Below the pieces are notes generated by a model. The model was not told the DNA's origin. It did no database searches and worked only from the letters and a program-made list of their open reading frames with translations. The position numbers and the translations under genes were made by a program. Below, piece by piece: positions 39,070-53,700 of a stretch of 64,000 nt of DNA. This DNA comes from Bugula neritina (lineage: Eukaryota; Animalia; Bryozoa). How positions within the stretch are numbered: the stretch's first letter is position 1; every line of letters starts with the position of its first letter. The stretch lies in NCBI GenBank assembly GCA_964035545.1, contig OZ037767.1, positions 26,490,628 through 26,554,627 of the forward strand, given 5' to 3'.

Positions 39070-39430
39070 TCAACTATTACTATTAATATTACTATTACTT
39101 ATTAGTAATACTATTAGTATTGCTATTTAAAATTAATAATTGCAATACTAATATAAATACAAACTATAAAGTAAACAGGCAATACAAATTAAAATGCTAT
39201 ATTTATTAGCATAAATAATAAAACTAAATAATTAAAAATAATAATTATAATATAATTTAAATTTATAGATAATTTAAATTATAATATAACTTATAAGTTA
39301 TAAGCATAAATTACTTCAAATTTAAATAATGATAATAATATAAATGATAATTATAGTAAAATTACATATAATAATAATTAAATTTAATATATTATTAAAT
39401 AATAAATTTAATTTTATTGATTATTCACTT
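39070..39430. repeat. Extremely AT-rich low-complexity tract
   Basis: Almost exclusively A/T with (TAA)/(TAT) runs. Confidence 0.8.
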
Positions 39431-40830
39431 TCAGTGACTCAAACTGAAACTAATCCTTTCGCTGTTCTCAATACTCAATAGTCATTCAACATAATAGAAT
39501 GCACTCTGGTACAAACTAAATCCCAACTATGCTCAATGGCAGTTTACAACGTCGTGTAGGTTGAGCCAAACAAAATTATATTTATTAGTATTGCAATTAT
39601 GATTATCAAATATTGAGCAATACCAATTGAGCGTGACCAACAGTCTCCAAACTTTGGTCTAACTTATTTTTATGACCGTAGTCATGTTTTATGCATGTTT
39701 AGGCACAGAACGACAGGCTTTAAATTAAGCATAAAATCCAAGGCTAACAACACTTTGCAAGCGCAGTGAAAAGATAACTCTATATGAGCAATTTGTCTTT
39801 TTTTTCGTTAATAGCTGCAAGGAACGCAATTCGGAAGGAAGATAACTCTTTAAGTAAGTAATGTTGAAGGATGGTAAAAACTGAGTGAAAGATTTGAACC
39901 CAAAATATAACTTCATTGAATATGTAGGACACGTCATAAAACCATGCAAACTGTAGGCTATAGCCCCTTTTAACAATTTTACAAAATAGTGACCTATGTT
40001 TCAACATAAAAGGTGAAGGTGCTAATAAATGGTGCATTATAAAACTCTTTTACCCACACCGAATTCTTTCGACTTGTATAAGAAAACTTTGAAAACTTGG
40101 CTACTTTTCACAGTTGCTTTTAAATTTAAGCAAAATAAAAAATAAAGAAATACTTGAAATTTTATGTCGACAAATGTTTAATGAGAACCGAAAATTTAAG
40201 ATCCAAGTGACCAATGTTCAAACTTCGAAGTGGATTAAAGCAGCTATTGAGATAACTATTTACAAGCAGTAGCCCATCTACATTAAAAAAATATGCAATA
40301 GGGGTTATTTTCTCTCTCTAGATACTTGCTAGCTACCCAGGCATTGGTTCAACTTCAATGTTATGTTGATCACTCTAGACTCTAGAGTCCAGAGGACTTT
40401 GAAACTTGTAGTCTAATTGCTTTCCCAAACTTGAGCGGTTTTATTGCCTGTATTCTTTAAAAACAGTCTATTTACAAAAGATTTCTTGGCTCCAACTCAT
40501 CATGCCTTCTTTTATACAGCTCGTCTCATCATTTAGAGTAAAATATAGCGCAATATATTGAAAATTATATTATTGGTAGAAAATGCTGATAACATGAATC
40601 ACATACACTAATATTTCCTTCCATGTGTCTGCTATTTGCATTAAAACTTCTGTTTCAGTAGTCAACAATATATGCAATCTGTGAAGCAGACAACATACTC
40701 AGCCAATCAACATTGAGGTTTACCGGTTTCAGTATATCCTAGTACACAGTGATGAGTCATCAATCATATGCCTCAGAATATCACTTTACAAACCAAACTA
40801 GTGGATTGTTCAATTGAATATTTATATTTA

Positions 40831-40918
40831 TTTAACTTCCAAAAGTTTATTCATCTACATTAAAAAGCATATCATATGCTTTTTAATGTAGATGATTTAT
40901 AAACTTTTGGAAGTTAAA
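40831..40918. repeat. 88-bp near-perfect palindrome (hairpin)
   Basis: tttaacttccaaaagtttattcatctacattaaaaagcatat-c-atatgctttttaatgtagatgatttataaacttttggaagttaaa; 1-nt loop and one small bulge. Confidence 0.9.
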
Positions 40919-43900
40919 AAATATGCTATGTTGTAATAAATATTGAAAAAGTGTAATTTTTGGTTATCTACTGAGAGTTGTCTTCTTAGTTTTTAAAAAA
41001 TAAACATAATATGTTGATTGTCCTACACTTTATTACAATAAATCTCAATTCAGACTAGCTTTTAACTAGTATTTTATTCTAATTTATGAAAAGATGCATT
41101 GCATTGAAAAACTTTCTAAAAGTTAAAAGTATAAACATTAATAACAAATATTTGTACAAATTCAATTATGATAAAAACAACTTGTTATTTATAATAATAA
41201 ACATTAAATCATGTTAGACCTGACAATTCAACAGTAATTTACTTTACAATTCTGCAACTGTTTAATCTTTTATTTGAAAATAAATTTAATGATGCCCTCC
41301 ACCCCTTCGAAGGCGACATACTAATTGCCCAATTCCTTATTGGCTGGTACTAAAACATGCTACAGACCAAAAAATTAATAATTGTAAAATATTTGCAGCA
41401 TATATTGGACATGTTAGTACGGTTACCAAGACTACAGCCATCTAGGTGAGAAAAGTGAGAAATATGGACATGTTAGAGTATATTGTTATGTAACATGTGT
41501 TTTATAAAGATATACTTCATAATAATCTACAAATTATATAACAGCAGGAATTTTAAGCAAACAAAACATAGGCGCTGCTTTATACTAACCCTGCATTCAG
41601 AATATAATAATATAAATAGGTTTGTTTTTGCAAATGTTAATATATTTTTATACTACATGCATATAAACTGGAAATTTTACATTGCAGTTTCTTGTTTGCT
41701 AGTTGTAAATTATGCTAATTGCTACTAATGCCTGTTATATAATCAATCCATCAACTATGTACACTTTATATTTCAGATAAAATTATAGTTATTTTTAATT
41801 ATACCCATTCACTGTTATCTCCCTAATATATATTATAATTATTGTAGGCATGAGAGCATAGACATTATATTATATATCAAAATGTATTAATAGATAGGAG
41901 TTCTCTGTTCTCACTTCTATTGCTGTTACTGGAACTTCATGTTATCTAAAATTGTTTCCACATAAAAGTAGCATGGCTCTAAGACTACATGTAGAGCTCA
42001 ACAACTGCCAAGGCTATAAAGATTGGCACTATTTATATACTGCAACATTAAAAATTTAGAGTTATGTTACATTGAATACTAAAGAAGTAGCTCTTATACT
42101 TCCACAACACACTTTATAATTTGACCACAGAATAGATGTACAATGTATAGATTATGGGTAAATTTGAGCTTGAAATGGGAAAGCAGAAAGTTGTTAGATT
42201 AAAATCCAAAAATGAAAAACTGAGAAATTTGAGTTTATATCATTGTGGTTATTGCTGCAGCTACATTCAGCAAAGTGTAAGTATAAAATATCACTTAAAC
42301 TGAATTTCTATAACTTCTTAACAGTATGGCTTTACAGGTAAAATGGTTGAAAGGCTAATGACTTGTGAGGCACATGTCGTATGTTGTCAAACTGCAATAT
42401 CTATTTATATGCATTGCACAACAACTTTTTTTGAAAGGCATTCATCCTATATAACATGCAAAACAATATTTCATCAAAAACGTCATTCAAGGTTCAGGCT
42501 TAAGCTGCATTATGCCCATCACCCACAATTAATCAATTATAGACCAATATTTTTTTTTTAATATTATCTACTTACAGCTAAATCATCGTTTATCTGCTTT
42601 AATCTGAAACAGAGACAAAAAATATCTGCTCCTGGAAGACAGTTTGTGTCGATTCATCCGGGATTATATCCTGATAGAACAGTACTCCCTTTTTGCAAAT
42701 GTCACTTGCGTAATGTAAAATCAGGTCATGTCTTCCCTCACACTCAATAACTGGATTTTTTTTACTAATGCCAATTTTGGGCACATAATATGCAAAATAT
42801 ATTTTAGTTTGAATTATCCTTTAATAGCTTGACATATAGGAAAATAATTACATGAAATAAAGATTAAGAGAGTTAAATCTGCAATCTATATCACATTATC
42901 TAGCTAAACCAAAGATATGTTGTTGACGGTGCTAGATGGTGTTTAGCAGTAGATTGGTTTTTGATAAATTTTATTTTGTCAGCAATATCAAATATAAGAT
43001 CAATGCCCTAGAGTCTAGTATATATATAAGTTTTCAATCCTTTCATCATAATCTCTTATGCTCTCTTATAGCTAGTTAATGGTGGCAGTTTAATTTCTCA
43101 TTATAATCAAGTTTCAACCCACCAACTCACATGGTTAGCTGTATATTCTGTAAAAAAACAAAGATCTTAGACTTTGTGTTTTAAAAAGCAAAATCCTGTT
43201 GCATTATTCGTATATGTATGACTTAAAGAGACGCTCTAGTAAAATACTTCAGCATATAATTATAGCGGTAATGCAGTGTAGTGATGAATCATTGAACTAC
43301 TAACACAGAGACTTGCATCTCTCTCACGGGTTCCAACTTTTGAGGTAGTTATGACTACAACACATACAGCCCCACCCTTATTTGGAAGATATTTACTGCT
43401 CTGGTGGGCTATAGACAGTTGTATGGGTTGACTGAGACTCTGTACCATCAACCTAAAATATGGTGACTGAATGGAGCTCCCCAAACCACTCCAAACCCTG
43501 GAATTTGTATTTTGGTTTTGCAGAATTTGATCACAAATTATAAGAATCGTGTGGTTAATGCTACTACCTACTTCTCTAATACAGGTCACCCTGATGGTAT
43601 ACCTGCTGCACTGCTGAACTAGCAGATTGCTTAAGAGTTAAGCGTGTCCCACTGCGGACAAACCATCTTCTACATGTTTTAATACACCATAGGCATAAGC
43701 TTCGAGTTGTCAGGTGCAAGCTCGTGTCAACATCAGTTTATTAGTTACCGTGCTATTTTCATCCCAACTCTAACAGGAACCATGTCAAAGTCTACGTTTA
43801 GACATCCTGATAAATCAGTCGTATGAAATGTTTTGTTTTTATGTAACGTTTGACATTATATTACAATATTTTGGCTTAAAATAACATTATTAAAACTGCA

Positions 43901-44691
43901 GTTAGCAGCACAATCTGCACCATTAAAAAGCAAAAGAACAGTAGAAACATCTGTAAAATAAAATTTAGTCTGCAGTTGAGTAGAGCTATCTACATAGCCT
44001 ATGCATGGTGCTATATCTTCCAGAGCACAGGTTTAACAATCAGAAATAATTCTAACCCTGTAAAGGCCATATCGTCTTGACATTAAAATGAAGCTTTATA
44101 AATGGTTGCAGAAAAGAAGATACATTGAACTCTGCTAATTGTCACGGCTGTTTCAAATTTAGGTCATAAAGATTTTCAACTTCAATGCTTAACTTTAAAA
44201 AACTAACATGATTTTTCTTCTGTAAACCTCACCACATTTTTTGCTATTTTTATTTTTTAACCAACAATATTTTCACATAGTAGTAACCAACAGTTGGCTG
44301 GGCAACATTAAATAATAATGATGTAATATCTACAATTAATAATATAACACCCAGGCACAGTATCATCAGCTTCTAATCGCTAATATAAATTTGCAACAGG
44401 TTATTTATTTAAAAATTACATCACTTTATGGCAGAAAAATTGACATAATATTTCATAAGTATAATGAAGCGGTTTTTGCTTCAGCAACTATAATGTTTAG
44501 TTAAGTCATTTGGTACTTGTGTAGGTTATGTGAAGTCTTGTAGGCTTTGTGGTGTCAGCCTGTAACATCTAAATAATCATATTATGTCACGGCAACGAGT
44601 GGAAGTGAGCTGTGCAGAACTTGCTCAGGGCACATAAATATGAGAAGAAATGCCAGCGTGTAATGCGTTTACGTGAGGCAAGAGATAATCC

Positions 44692-44699
44692 TATATAAA
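44692..44699 (+). promoter_or_regulatory. TATA box of the secreted beta-trefoil-like gene
   Basis: cTATATAAAc lies 63 nt upstream of the ATG at 44755, with GGCAGTT (initiator-like) about 30 nt downstream. Confidence 0.6.
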
Positions 44700-44754
44700 C
44701 TGCAGGTGTGTGGAACTGTAGGCAGTTCTCTGATGTGTAGCTGTAAAGTATACA

Positions 44755-47700
44755 ATGTCTGGGATACTATTTAACTATTTTGTTGCGTTGCTACAGGTGA
44801 TTCTATTTCATTTAGATGCAGGTAATTGATGCTAGTATAATATATGCATATTTCATATTTATATTGTAAAACTATTAGTTTAAAAATTTTGTATTTAAAG
44901 CTACATTGAAATTAGTGCTTTTTTATTGTAAAAAATGGTGGAAAGTTGTGTCTTCTTAAAACATGTATTTGATTAATAAATATTGGTTCCAGAATATTCC
45001 ACATCCATCAGTGTAAATAAATGACCTTTGTGTCATCATCAATAACATTTAGCAATTTTGATCTGTATAGCTCTAGCTGATGCAAGATCCCATGCAGTAC
45101 TTAGGTCGGCCTTTAACAAGCATAAATATTTAAACTAATTCATAGTTAAAAACTTGTGTTGCTGCTATTGTCACTATTGTAAGATTATTACAAAACTTTG
45201 CCATTGGCCAACTAGTCTTGTACAATCTACTCCTAGGGATGCTTGCATATAATGTGTTTTCTTCTTTATACAGTCAATGGGAGTTGTGTAGCAGAGGCCT
45301 ACAAAGTTAATCATTTCTTTATACGGGCCTGGGACGGTCTGCACATCAAAATAGATAACCGGTACGGTCCAGTGGAGACTGGCCTGGCCAGCTACAACCA
45401 GCAGGAAAATGACAAGTGTATGAGTATAACTAACTAGCCATGTAGTAAATTATTGTTGTACATATACATGTTCAAGATTTAACAAGCTGTTTTTAATTCA
45501 ATTTTTAAAGCTAAAAGCACAACATCTGCTGTTGCTTAATGTTACCTTGTATAAATTTATCCCTTATATGAATGCTGTTGGTGTGTAGTTCTAATGCAAA
45601 AGCAAGCTTGATATACAAAAATATGCTTGTAAATACAATTACAATAGTTATAGCATACGAAATAATTATAATTCTATGAAATTGACTAATATCAATTTGT
45701 GCCATCTTTGTAATTGTCTTATATTTTGTTTTAGTTTTATTCACAACACAGTTTTATGTGTGCGAAACTAACTACGATTTCATGTCAAGCAAAGCCAATC
45801 AGCAAATTAATGGAGTAAAGTTTTACTTAGCCAATACCGGAGGGGGAAGTACTGTAGACGTCCTGGTAAGTTAGACCACCCAAACAGCTGGTAATCTGTT
45901 GCATGATGAGATATTAAACCCTAGAAGACTTACTTTTTGTCTGTGCAAGTACTGAGTAACAAATCAAACCATTTCAGTGCACATGCAGTCGTAAGAATAA
46001 TTTATTAAGCAAGTATTATTTTATGTCTTTGCAAATATTCCTATATAGAAAAAGCATACAAATATGTATGTACATTTTATTACATTGTCGTTTTTAGTAA
46101 ACGTGTGTACTTTTACTTTTGAAATTTTGTACTAGTACTAGTAATTACATAAATCCCAACTTGTATAAGATTATGATCAATGATGTCACAAGTATGTTTA
46201 TTGAGTATAAGGCTTGCTATATCGTTAAGAAGGAGAAATGTTTTTTTCTTACAAAAAACAAAAAAACTTAACTGAAAGCTTCTCTAGAATTTTACATACT
46301 AACAACTTACAGTACAACAGTTTGCGGCTATCAAAATTTATTTGGGGGCTTGAAAGTGTGCTGCTAAGCAAATTTCCATTTGTTAATCTAACTATGAATA
46401 ACAAAGTTTACTTCTTACTTGTTACTACATATAATTCTACATGCATATAGTTAAAGGTTGCAGTCTATATTATATAATCATATAGTTTACATATGTCCTG
46501 TAAATGACTATACACTTTCCAGGAGGTTACCAATGCACCATTTGTAAGCAGCAAAGATGAGAGACTCTTTAGATATTCTGGGGGAGCGAGCATTGAGCTT
46601 CTAAGACTCCGTAAGTTTCTGCATACTAAAAGTTAACAAATTGTTGTTTATATCTGAGTGAACGTTCCATTTCTTTTATTAGAAATTTGCAAAACAGTTT
46701 TTGATAACTTGATTATCAAAATATTTTTGCACTATTTTCAATATTTTCAATATGTTTCATCATATAATTTACAAGCATAGTATAATCTACGCATTATACA
46801 CAATAAAATATAATTATTTATGAACCATATCAAAACCCATATTAATACAGCCATAAAAATAGACATTTAAAATATTTTTTGCAATAAAAGTATAACGAAT
46901 AAATTAATTATAAGAAAACCCAATTTTGTCTTTTGTTCAAACCATTAGAACTTGTCTGATTGTTTACAGAGACCAACACTGATCTGTTTGCTTATGCCAC
47001 CCAAGATCACGCTGTCAAGTTTGGTAAATCTAAATTTTACTGGACGGCATGGCCTTACATTACCAGAGGTGTTGCAAGAACTAAGAGATCTTTGTATGGA
47101 AAGGATCGGCATCTCTCTCAAATTACTGCTTCATTTCAAAGATCTGAAGGTATTCATTCCCCTACCCAATAGTCATGTGAGTTTATAGTCGCTATCCCTG
47201 TGAGAACCCCTGATGGAAAAGGGTTTTTGTTAAAGCGGGCTAACAGCTAGCAATTTATCCATATTTCGCACAGGAGCTATTATGACTGGATGCTCTTTCT
47301 AACATTATCACTGGTGTCTGATCTTAACCACTGACCTATGTTTACTAGGCCAGCACTCTACCCACTGCCAACACTGCTCCTATCTATAATACTATCATTT
47401 GGAAACCCTAGGTTTGACCTTGTCTATAAGGTCAAAATTCAATTACATCTCTACATCTGCTAATGGAATGTATTTTCGCTAAGTCATAATTTCGCATGTA
47501 TTTACAAAAAAAACACAATTGCGAGTATTCAGCAGATAAATAATGTCACAACAAATAACGATATTATGAAATGTTGTTGTAGAGCATCTAATCCCGTATT
47601 TAACCTTTGTTATTTATATCAAGACGTTAATACCATTCTTGTGTACGTGTTGCAGACATTGTAATTCAGCAGACACCAAAGAATGAGATTATAGCAGTTT

Positions 47701-50700
47701 TGAAATCAAAGGTTGACTCAAATTTTCTGTTTAGAAATGGTAAGTACTGAAAGAATATGCTGATCTACTGATACTATATGTTCAGGTGAACTAACTAATA
47801 AACATTGAGTGTACCCATATACTTACTATACGACTATGTATGCTTATAAATAATATATTTTCATGAATAAAAGCCACTCTAGAGCTATGGTTGAAAGTCA
47901 ATGAGTAATTGTCTTAGCAGCCATGGATTTGCAGTATTTTTAATGCAAGGAAAGAGAGTGTTTACTATGTACTGATGTTATTCACATACTTATAATATAT
48001 TATATTGATAGTACACCTCACTCTTAGCTCTGTATTTCCAATATAGCACAGAAATCAAACTTGTACAACTCCTTAAAATGGGTTACTGTTTATGTGGTCA
48101 ACAAGTTTTTTATATTACTCTCAAGAGAGAAAATATTATACCTTACTAAGTGTTGAACTTAAATACTTACAAAATACATAACTTTGGTGCTTTTTCTGAA
48201 ACACCTAATAATACAAATACATACCTCAACAAGGGTCTCTTTTACTACTGTAACTACATATATGCTCATTTGAGTTTTGACAAAGTCAAATTTTGCTATG
48301 AAACTTATAAGCCTATAATAATTAATTTCAGACATCACGAGAGATAATTTTTTTGTTTCTGGAAATCTAATAATTATGACTATTTCTTGCAATAATTTAA
48401 CTATATGTTATTTAAACTATACTCAACAGTTTAGATCATAATTAAAGCTATTAAATTATTTCTTTTATTTTGTGTTTTAGGAAAAAGTTTTGAAATCGTT
48501 GCCTGGAGATTATACAAAGATTTTGATGCTAATGGAGACATAATTATAGGAACAGCAATAGTCATCAGGCAACCCAACCAGGAGGTTTGTATTTAAAGTT
48601 ACTCAGCTTTATTGAATTACGTAATATGTCAATATATTACAACTCCGCTGATAGAGTCTGTACTGGTAATAGAACATTCAATAAAATTATCACCTATTGT
48701 TATATAACTCACCAGCTATTTGGAAAAAAATCGTAAGGGAAATTTTAGTAACAGTAAATGAAGCTTCAGGTCTAATAATTCTACTATATTTTTAGAAGTA
48801 CCTAACATATAACAAAGTGGGTGATGAATTAATTCAGACAACAAGCTATAGATGTCGCCAATGCTCAACAACAAAGCACATTTCTTACCAGCCAGCAATC
48901 CTCAAGGTTGGTTTTCTGAATATTCTCTTGCTAATCTTATACAAGAAATAAAATTCTATGACAACAAGCTATGCAATTTTATTATAGAAATATTACCAGT
49001 AAATTGAATATACCAGGTATTGGTTTTTCATTGTTGGCTGTTTGCCTTAAACAGAAGCAAACTAAAAGTTAACTAGTAGTTTCAGTTAGTTGTATGTAAA
49101 TTAGCTTAATATTCAAACATGTGCTGGCCTATAATTATATTTTATAATCTCACTGTAATTATAGTGTATAGTTATAGTTTATTATAATTGTATTTCTTAT
49201 AATAGGTTATCATATGTGCTTGAGCTTCACAATACATGATAATTCTTGAGCATTGCACTATATATACAACTCAAGACACAGAATTTTTTCATTAATTATG
49301 TGTATTTTTATTATATATTAAATAAAACACATACTTTGCATGAGGAGTTATTTTCCTTTTAGAAATATAATCAAGCTCAAACAAGTAGGAGCTCCAAGAT
49401 TCTCCCAAAAGACATCAATGATCAAAATTTTGTTGATGAGAGGTTCTTGGAAGTCATAAAAAGAAACGATGGGACATTCAGGCTACGTAGCGTTCTTCAA
49501 CCTGGTTCGTATTTAGAAAATATGAAATATAAAAAAGAATGGACATAAAATAATTTAGTGACTAAATTTATGATTATACATGACTATATTCTCAATATGA
49601 AAAGTAAAATTTTAAAAAAGCTTTAATGCATATATGTGCCTAGACAGTGTTAATGTTACTAATGGTTATCTCATTGATGTACATTCTATGTTACAGACTA
49701 CTATCTGGCGGTGTATAAAACAAGGTTCAACAAGTATGAACTGGTTTTCACAAAGTTTCTAAATGACAAAGCTCTAGAATTCAATCTGCAGATTAATATA
49801 CCTGGTAAGATTGAAAAACTACTACCATATGTCTTTTTGAAAAATGTGGTCAGCTTCAATCATATAATTCTACCTGATGGAATTTTTACTTGCAGGTTTA
49901 TTTATAGTTTACGTAAAAGGGACCGCTGTTTAGATTATAAGGTTAGGCAGCTGTTTTGCTACTTGAACTCAAAACTCTACTTGTAACTGCCCTCCTAGTT
50001 TGCTATGAAAGTTCCATACGGGTGTATGTTTTAGTGTAGATAGTTTATTGATTTACACTGTTCACACCATTTACACCTTTTACACCTTTTACACCTTTTA
50101 CACCTTTTACACCGTGAAACTACAATTTTCACAAAACAAAATGATTAAAATATGATAGAATAAGAGCAAATTAAACACAGAAAAGTACATAAAAGAATTT
50201 GATAAATTGCTTGTTTTATAATTATTAAAATATTCAAAGTAACAGTATAAATCAACAAAGTTATAATATATAAAAGCATACCTCTTTCACCCTTTCTAGG
50301 AGAGAGTTAGTAGTATAAAGAAAGCAACATTTTATACCGTGTGTTTGTAAAAATAGCTATAATATTATGTGAGAGTAGATGAGAATGGAACCTTGACGCT
50401 TGAGGGTTCTTACGATAATGTCCTGGCTAAATGTATTTTAACTGTTTTTGTCGGCATGTGTAAAGCTAGTGCACTCAGTTTCTTAGTCATGGTTTTTTGA
50501 GTGCAGCCAGTGCAAAATAAAACTTGCAATGCACCGAGTGATACTAAAATGGTCTTGAAGATAAAAAAAAACAGTGACAAACAAGTGCTAAAGAGTACAC
50601 TAAGGATGGGTGATTCATCGCTGTTGGAATATGTGACAACACAAACGCAGTGTGGCAATGTCGGTAAATGCTAAATTGCTAATTGATATATATTATGACA

Positions 50701-53700
50701 GTTATGAACAAATTGGCAGCAGAGTGTCAGTAAGCAAACTAAATAAAACCAAATTTATGAAATTTTACTATTTATTATAAAGGACACTACACTCCCACCT
50801 AAAATTTCAGAAATTTTTTCAGCAAAGTTTTACTCGTTATCCTTTAAATACATATGTATATATTTTTTAGTTTTCAATTAGTGTCACCAGCTTTGAGACA
50901 GGGCGGTGTAGGTACTTTTTGGAGTTCACAGGCTGGTTTCTATTACCAATTAAAATTTTGGCTGATCGGACTCTACCGTCTTTTGATTTTATACATTCTA
51001 CCACCTTTCCCATAGACCACTCATTTCTATTACCATTGTCATCCACAATAATCACTATGTTTCCGGTCTTCATTTCTCGGCCTGTTTGATTCACCCATTT
51101 CTGGCGAGATTGGAGATAGCACAAATACTCAGTGCGCCAGCGCTGCCAGAAGTTATTTGCCAGATGCTGCACAGCACGCCAGCGCTTGCGGCTGTAAATA
51201 TCACTGTCGGTGAATTCAGATGGAGGTGAAAGAATGATGTCTGACTTCATAGTCAGCAGGAGATTTGGAGTGAGAGGATGATGTTCTTCAGTGACTGTGG
51301 AAAGGGGCCTCGAATTTATGATAGCCATAACCTCATACATGAGGGTTCGGAGGTTACTGGTGTCGAGTCTTCCGGCATGTTTTCTCAGAACGTGCTGAAG
51401 TATGCTTCTAGCTGAACGGATCATCCTTTCCCAGACGCCACCCATGTGACTGGCTGCAGGCGGGTTTAGCTTAAACTCCAGGACACCTTTCTCAGTTAGT
51501 TCAGGAATAGCGCCAATGAAGTTGGTACCCTGGTCACACCAGATTTCTCTAATGGGGCCGCGAATAGCAATTACGTTGCGAATGGCATTTATGAAGGAAG
51601 AAGTAGTCATGTCATCGAGTAGCTCGATGTGGACCGCTCGACTGGCCAAGCAAGTGACCATTAGACCATAACGTTTCAGTTCAGTGCGTCTATCCTTGAC
51701 TTGGAAGGGGCCAAAACAGTCGACTCCACAATAAGTGAAAGGGGGTGACTCTGTAACTCTTTCTGCAGGAAGTGAAGACATATTTGGAATGATTGGCTTA
51801 CCGCGATCACGACGGCAGTCCACACAATGATAGATGAGAGAGGTAACTAGCTGTCTAGCACCTATGACCCAATAACCAGCTGATCTCATTTGAGCTAGGG
51901 TCATTCCACGACCTTGATGCTTAGCCTGGTTATGGAAGTGCTGAAGAAGAAGTTGGGTAAAATGTCCGGCCTTGGGAAGGATGATTGGGTGTTTGTTTGA
52001 GAACTCAATGAATGCGCTATGATCGAGTCTACCTCCAACTCTCATGATACCCTTTGAATCAAGGAATGGGCTGAGATTGAAGATAGGGCTGCTTTGACTG
52101 ATTTTCTTGCCATCTTTCAGGCATTGAGCTTCAGGAAGATGCTCCTGTTGTGCAGATTTGATGATGTATGATTCAGAGGCAGATTTTATATCATAAGAAG
52201 TGCTTTTCATGTGCTTAGAGCGTGCTTTCTGAATGAATAGTCCTGTCACTTTGACAGCTGTCGTCCAGGAGGAAAAGCGATGGAGCAAATGATAAAGTGT
52301 TGGATGGGTGGAGGTATCATGGGTTAAAGTAACAAGTGACTTGACCTCTTTGTCATCATTTCTAACTTGTGGGGTTGGCTGCTCAGGGATTACTATCGGT
52401 TCATTCCAGAGAAAATCTGGTCCCGTGAACCAGTTGGATTTGTTTAGCTGATCAATGGTCAGACCTCTTGAGGCATGGTCAGCAGGGTTCTGGTCTGTTG
52501 GTACGTAAAACCAACTTTCTGGACATGACTGGTCTCTAACCTTTTGGATTCGGTTTGTGACATATACATGGAACTTCTTTGAGGTGTTTTTGAGATAGCC
52601 AAGTACAACTTGAGAATCAGTCCAAAATGTTTCAGTGACATCCATTCCAAGTTCTGACCTAATAATGCCGGATACTTGTGCTGAGGTGACTGCTGCTTGC
52701 AGTTCCATGCGGGGGATTGTGATGGGTTTGATTGGAGCTACTCGACCTTTACTCATGAGCAAGGAAACATTGACTTGGTGCTTGGCATTGACCACTCTCA
52801 AGTAGCTGACTTCACCATAGCCATCTGTACTGGCATCGGAGAAATGATGAATTTCTGCTTTGGAGATATCACCGAAATCATGTGGTTTGTAGCATCTCTT
52901 GATGTGGATGTTGGAGAGATCGGACAGAGAAGATTTCCAGCTCTCCCACCGTAATAACAGTTCACCTTCTAGGGTTGCCTCCCATGAAGCTGAAATTCTA
53001 CACATATCTTGGAGTATATTTTTACCCTTCAAAATGAATGGGGAGAGGAAGCCTAAAGGATCAAATATGGATGCAATGGTAGAGAGAACACCTGAACGAG
53101 TGTTAGGGTTTGACTTGATGGATGAGCTGAATGTGAAAGCATCAGATTTGAGTGACCACAGAAGACCTAGAGTTCTTTCAATGGGTTGAGAATCATCATC
53201 AGGCTCAAGAGTTTGGATGTCTTGCACATTTCTTTCAGAAGCGGGGATAGATTCGAGAACAGCAGATGAGTTAGATGAGAATTTGTGAAGACGTAAATTG
53301 CCTTCTTGGCATATGGATATGGCGTCTTGGACCACACTAATTGCAGAGTCAGTATCAGAGAAACTCATTAAACCATCATCTACATAAAAGTTGTTTCTGA
53401 TGAACGATTTAGCAAGTGTGTTTGGGTTGATGCTAGTGTCACAGAGTGACCGCAAACCGTATGTTGTGCATGCGGGGGATGACGTTGCGCCAAAGAGATG
53501 CACTTTCATTCTGTAAGGAACTATCTCTCCCTGTTCGTCATACCAAAGAAACCTGAGGAGATCTCTATGTTCAGGAAAAACCCGAAACTGATGGAACATT
53601 CTACCAATGTCACAGGTTACTCCTACCAGGTCTTTCCTGAATCTCATCAAAATACCTATCAAGCTATTCATTTGATCAGGACCCTGGAGCAGATAGTCAT

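Noticed and set aside
43260-43660. 109-aa ORF or a possible SINE remnant
   Set aside because: It starts at GTG with no motifs, and the pol III boxes are too degenerate to support a call.
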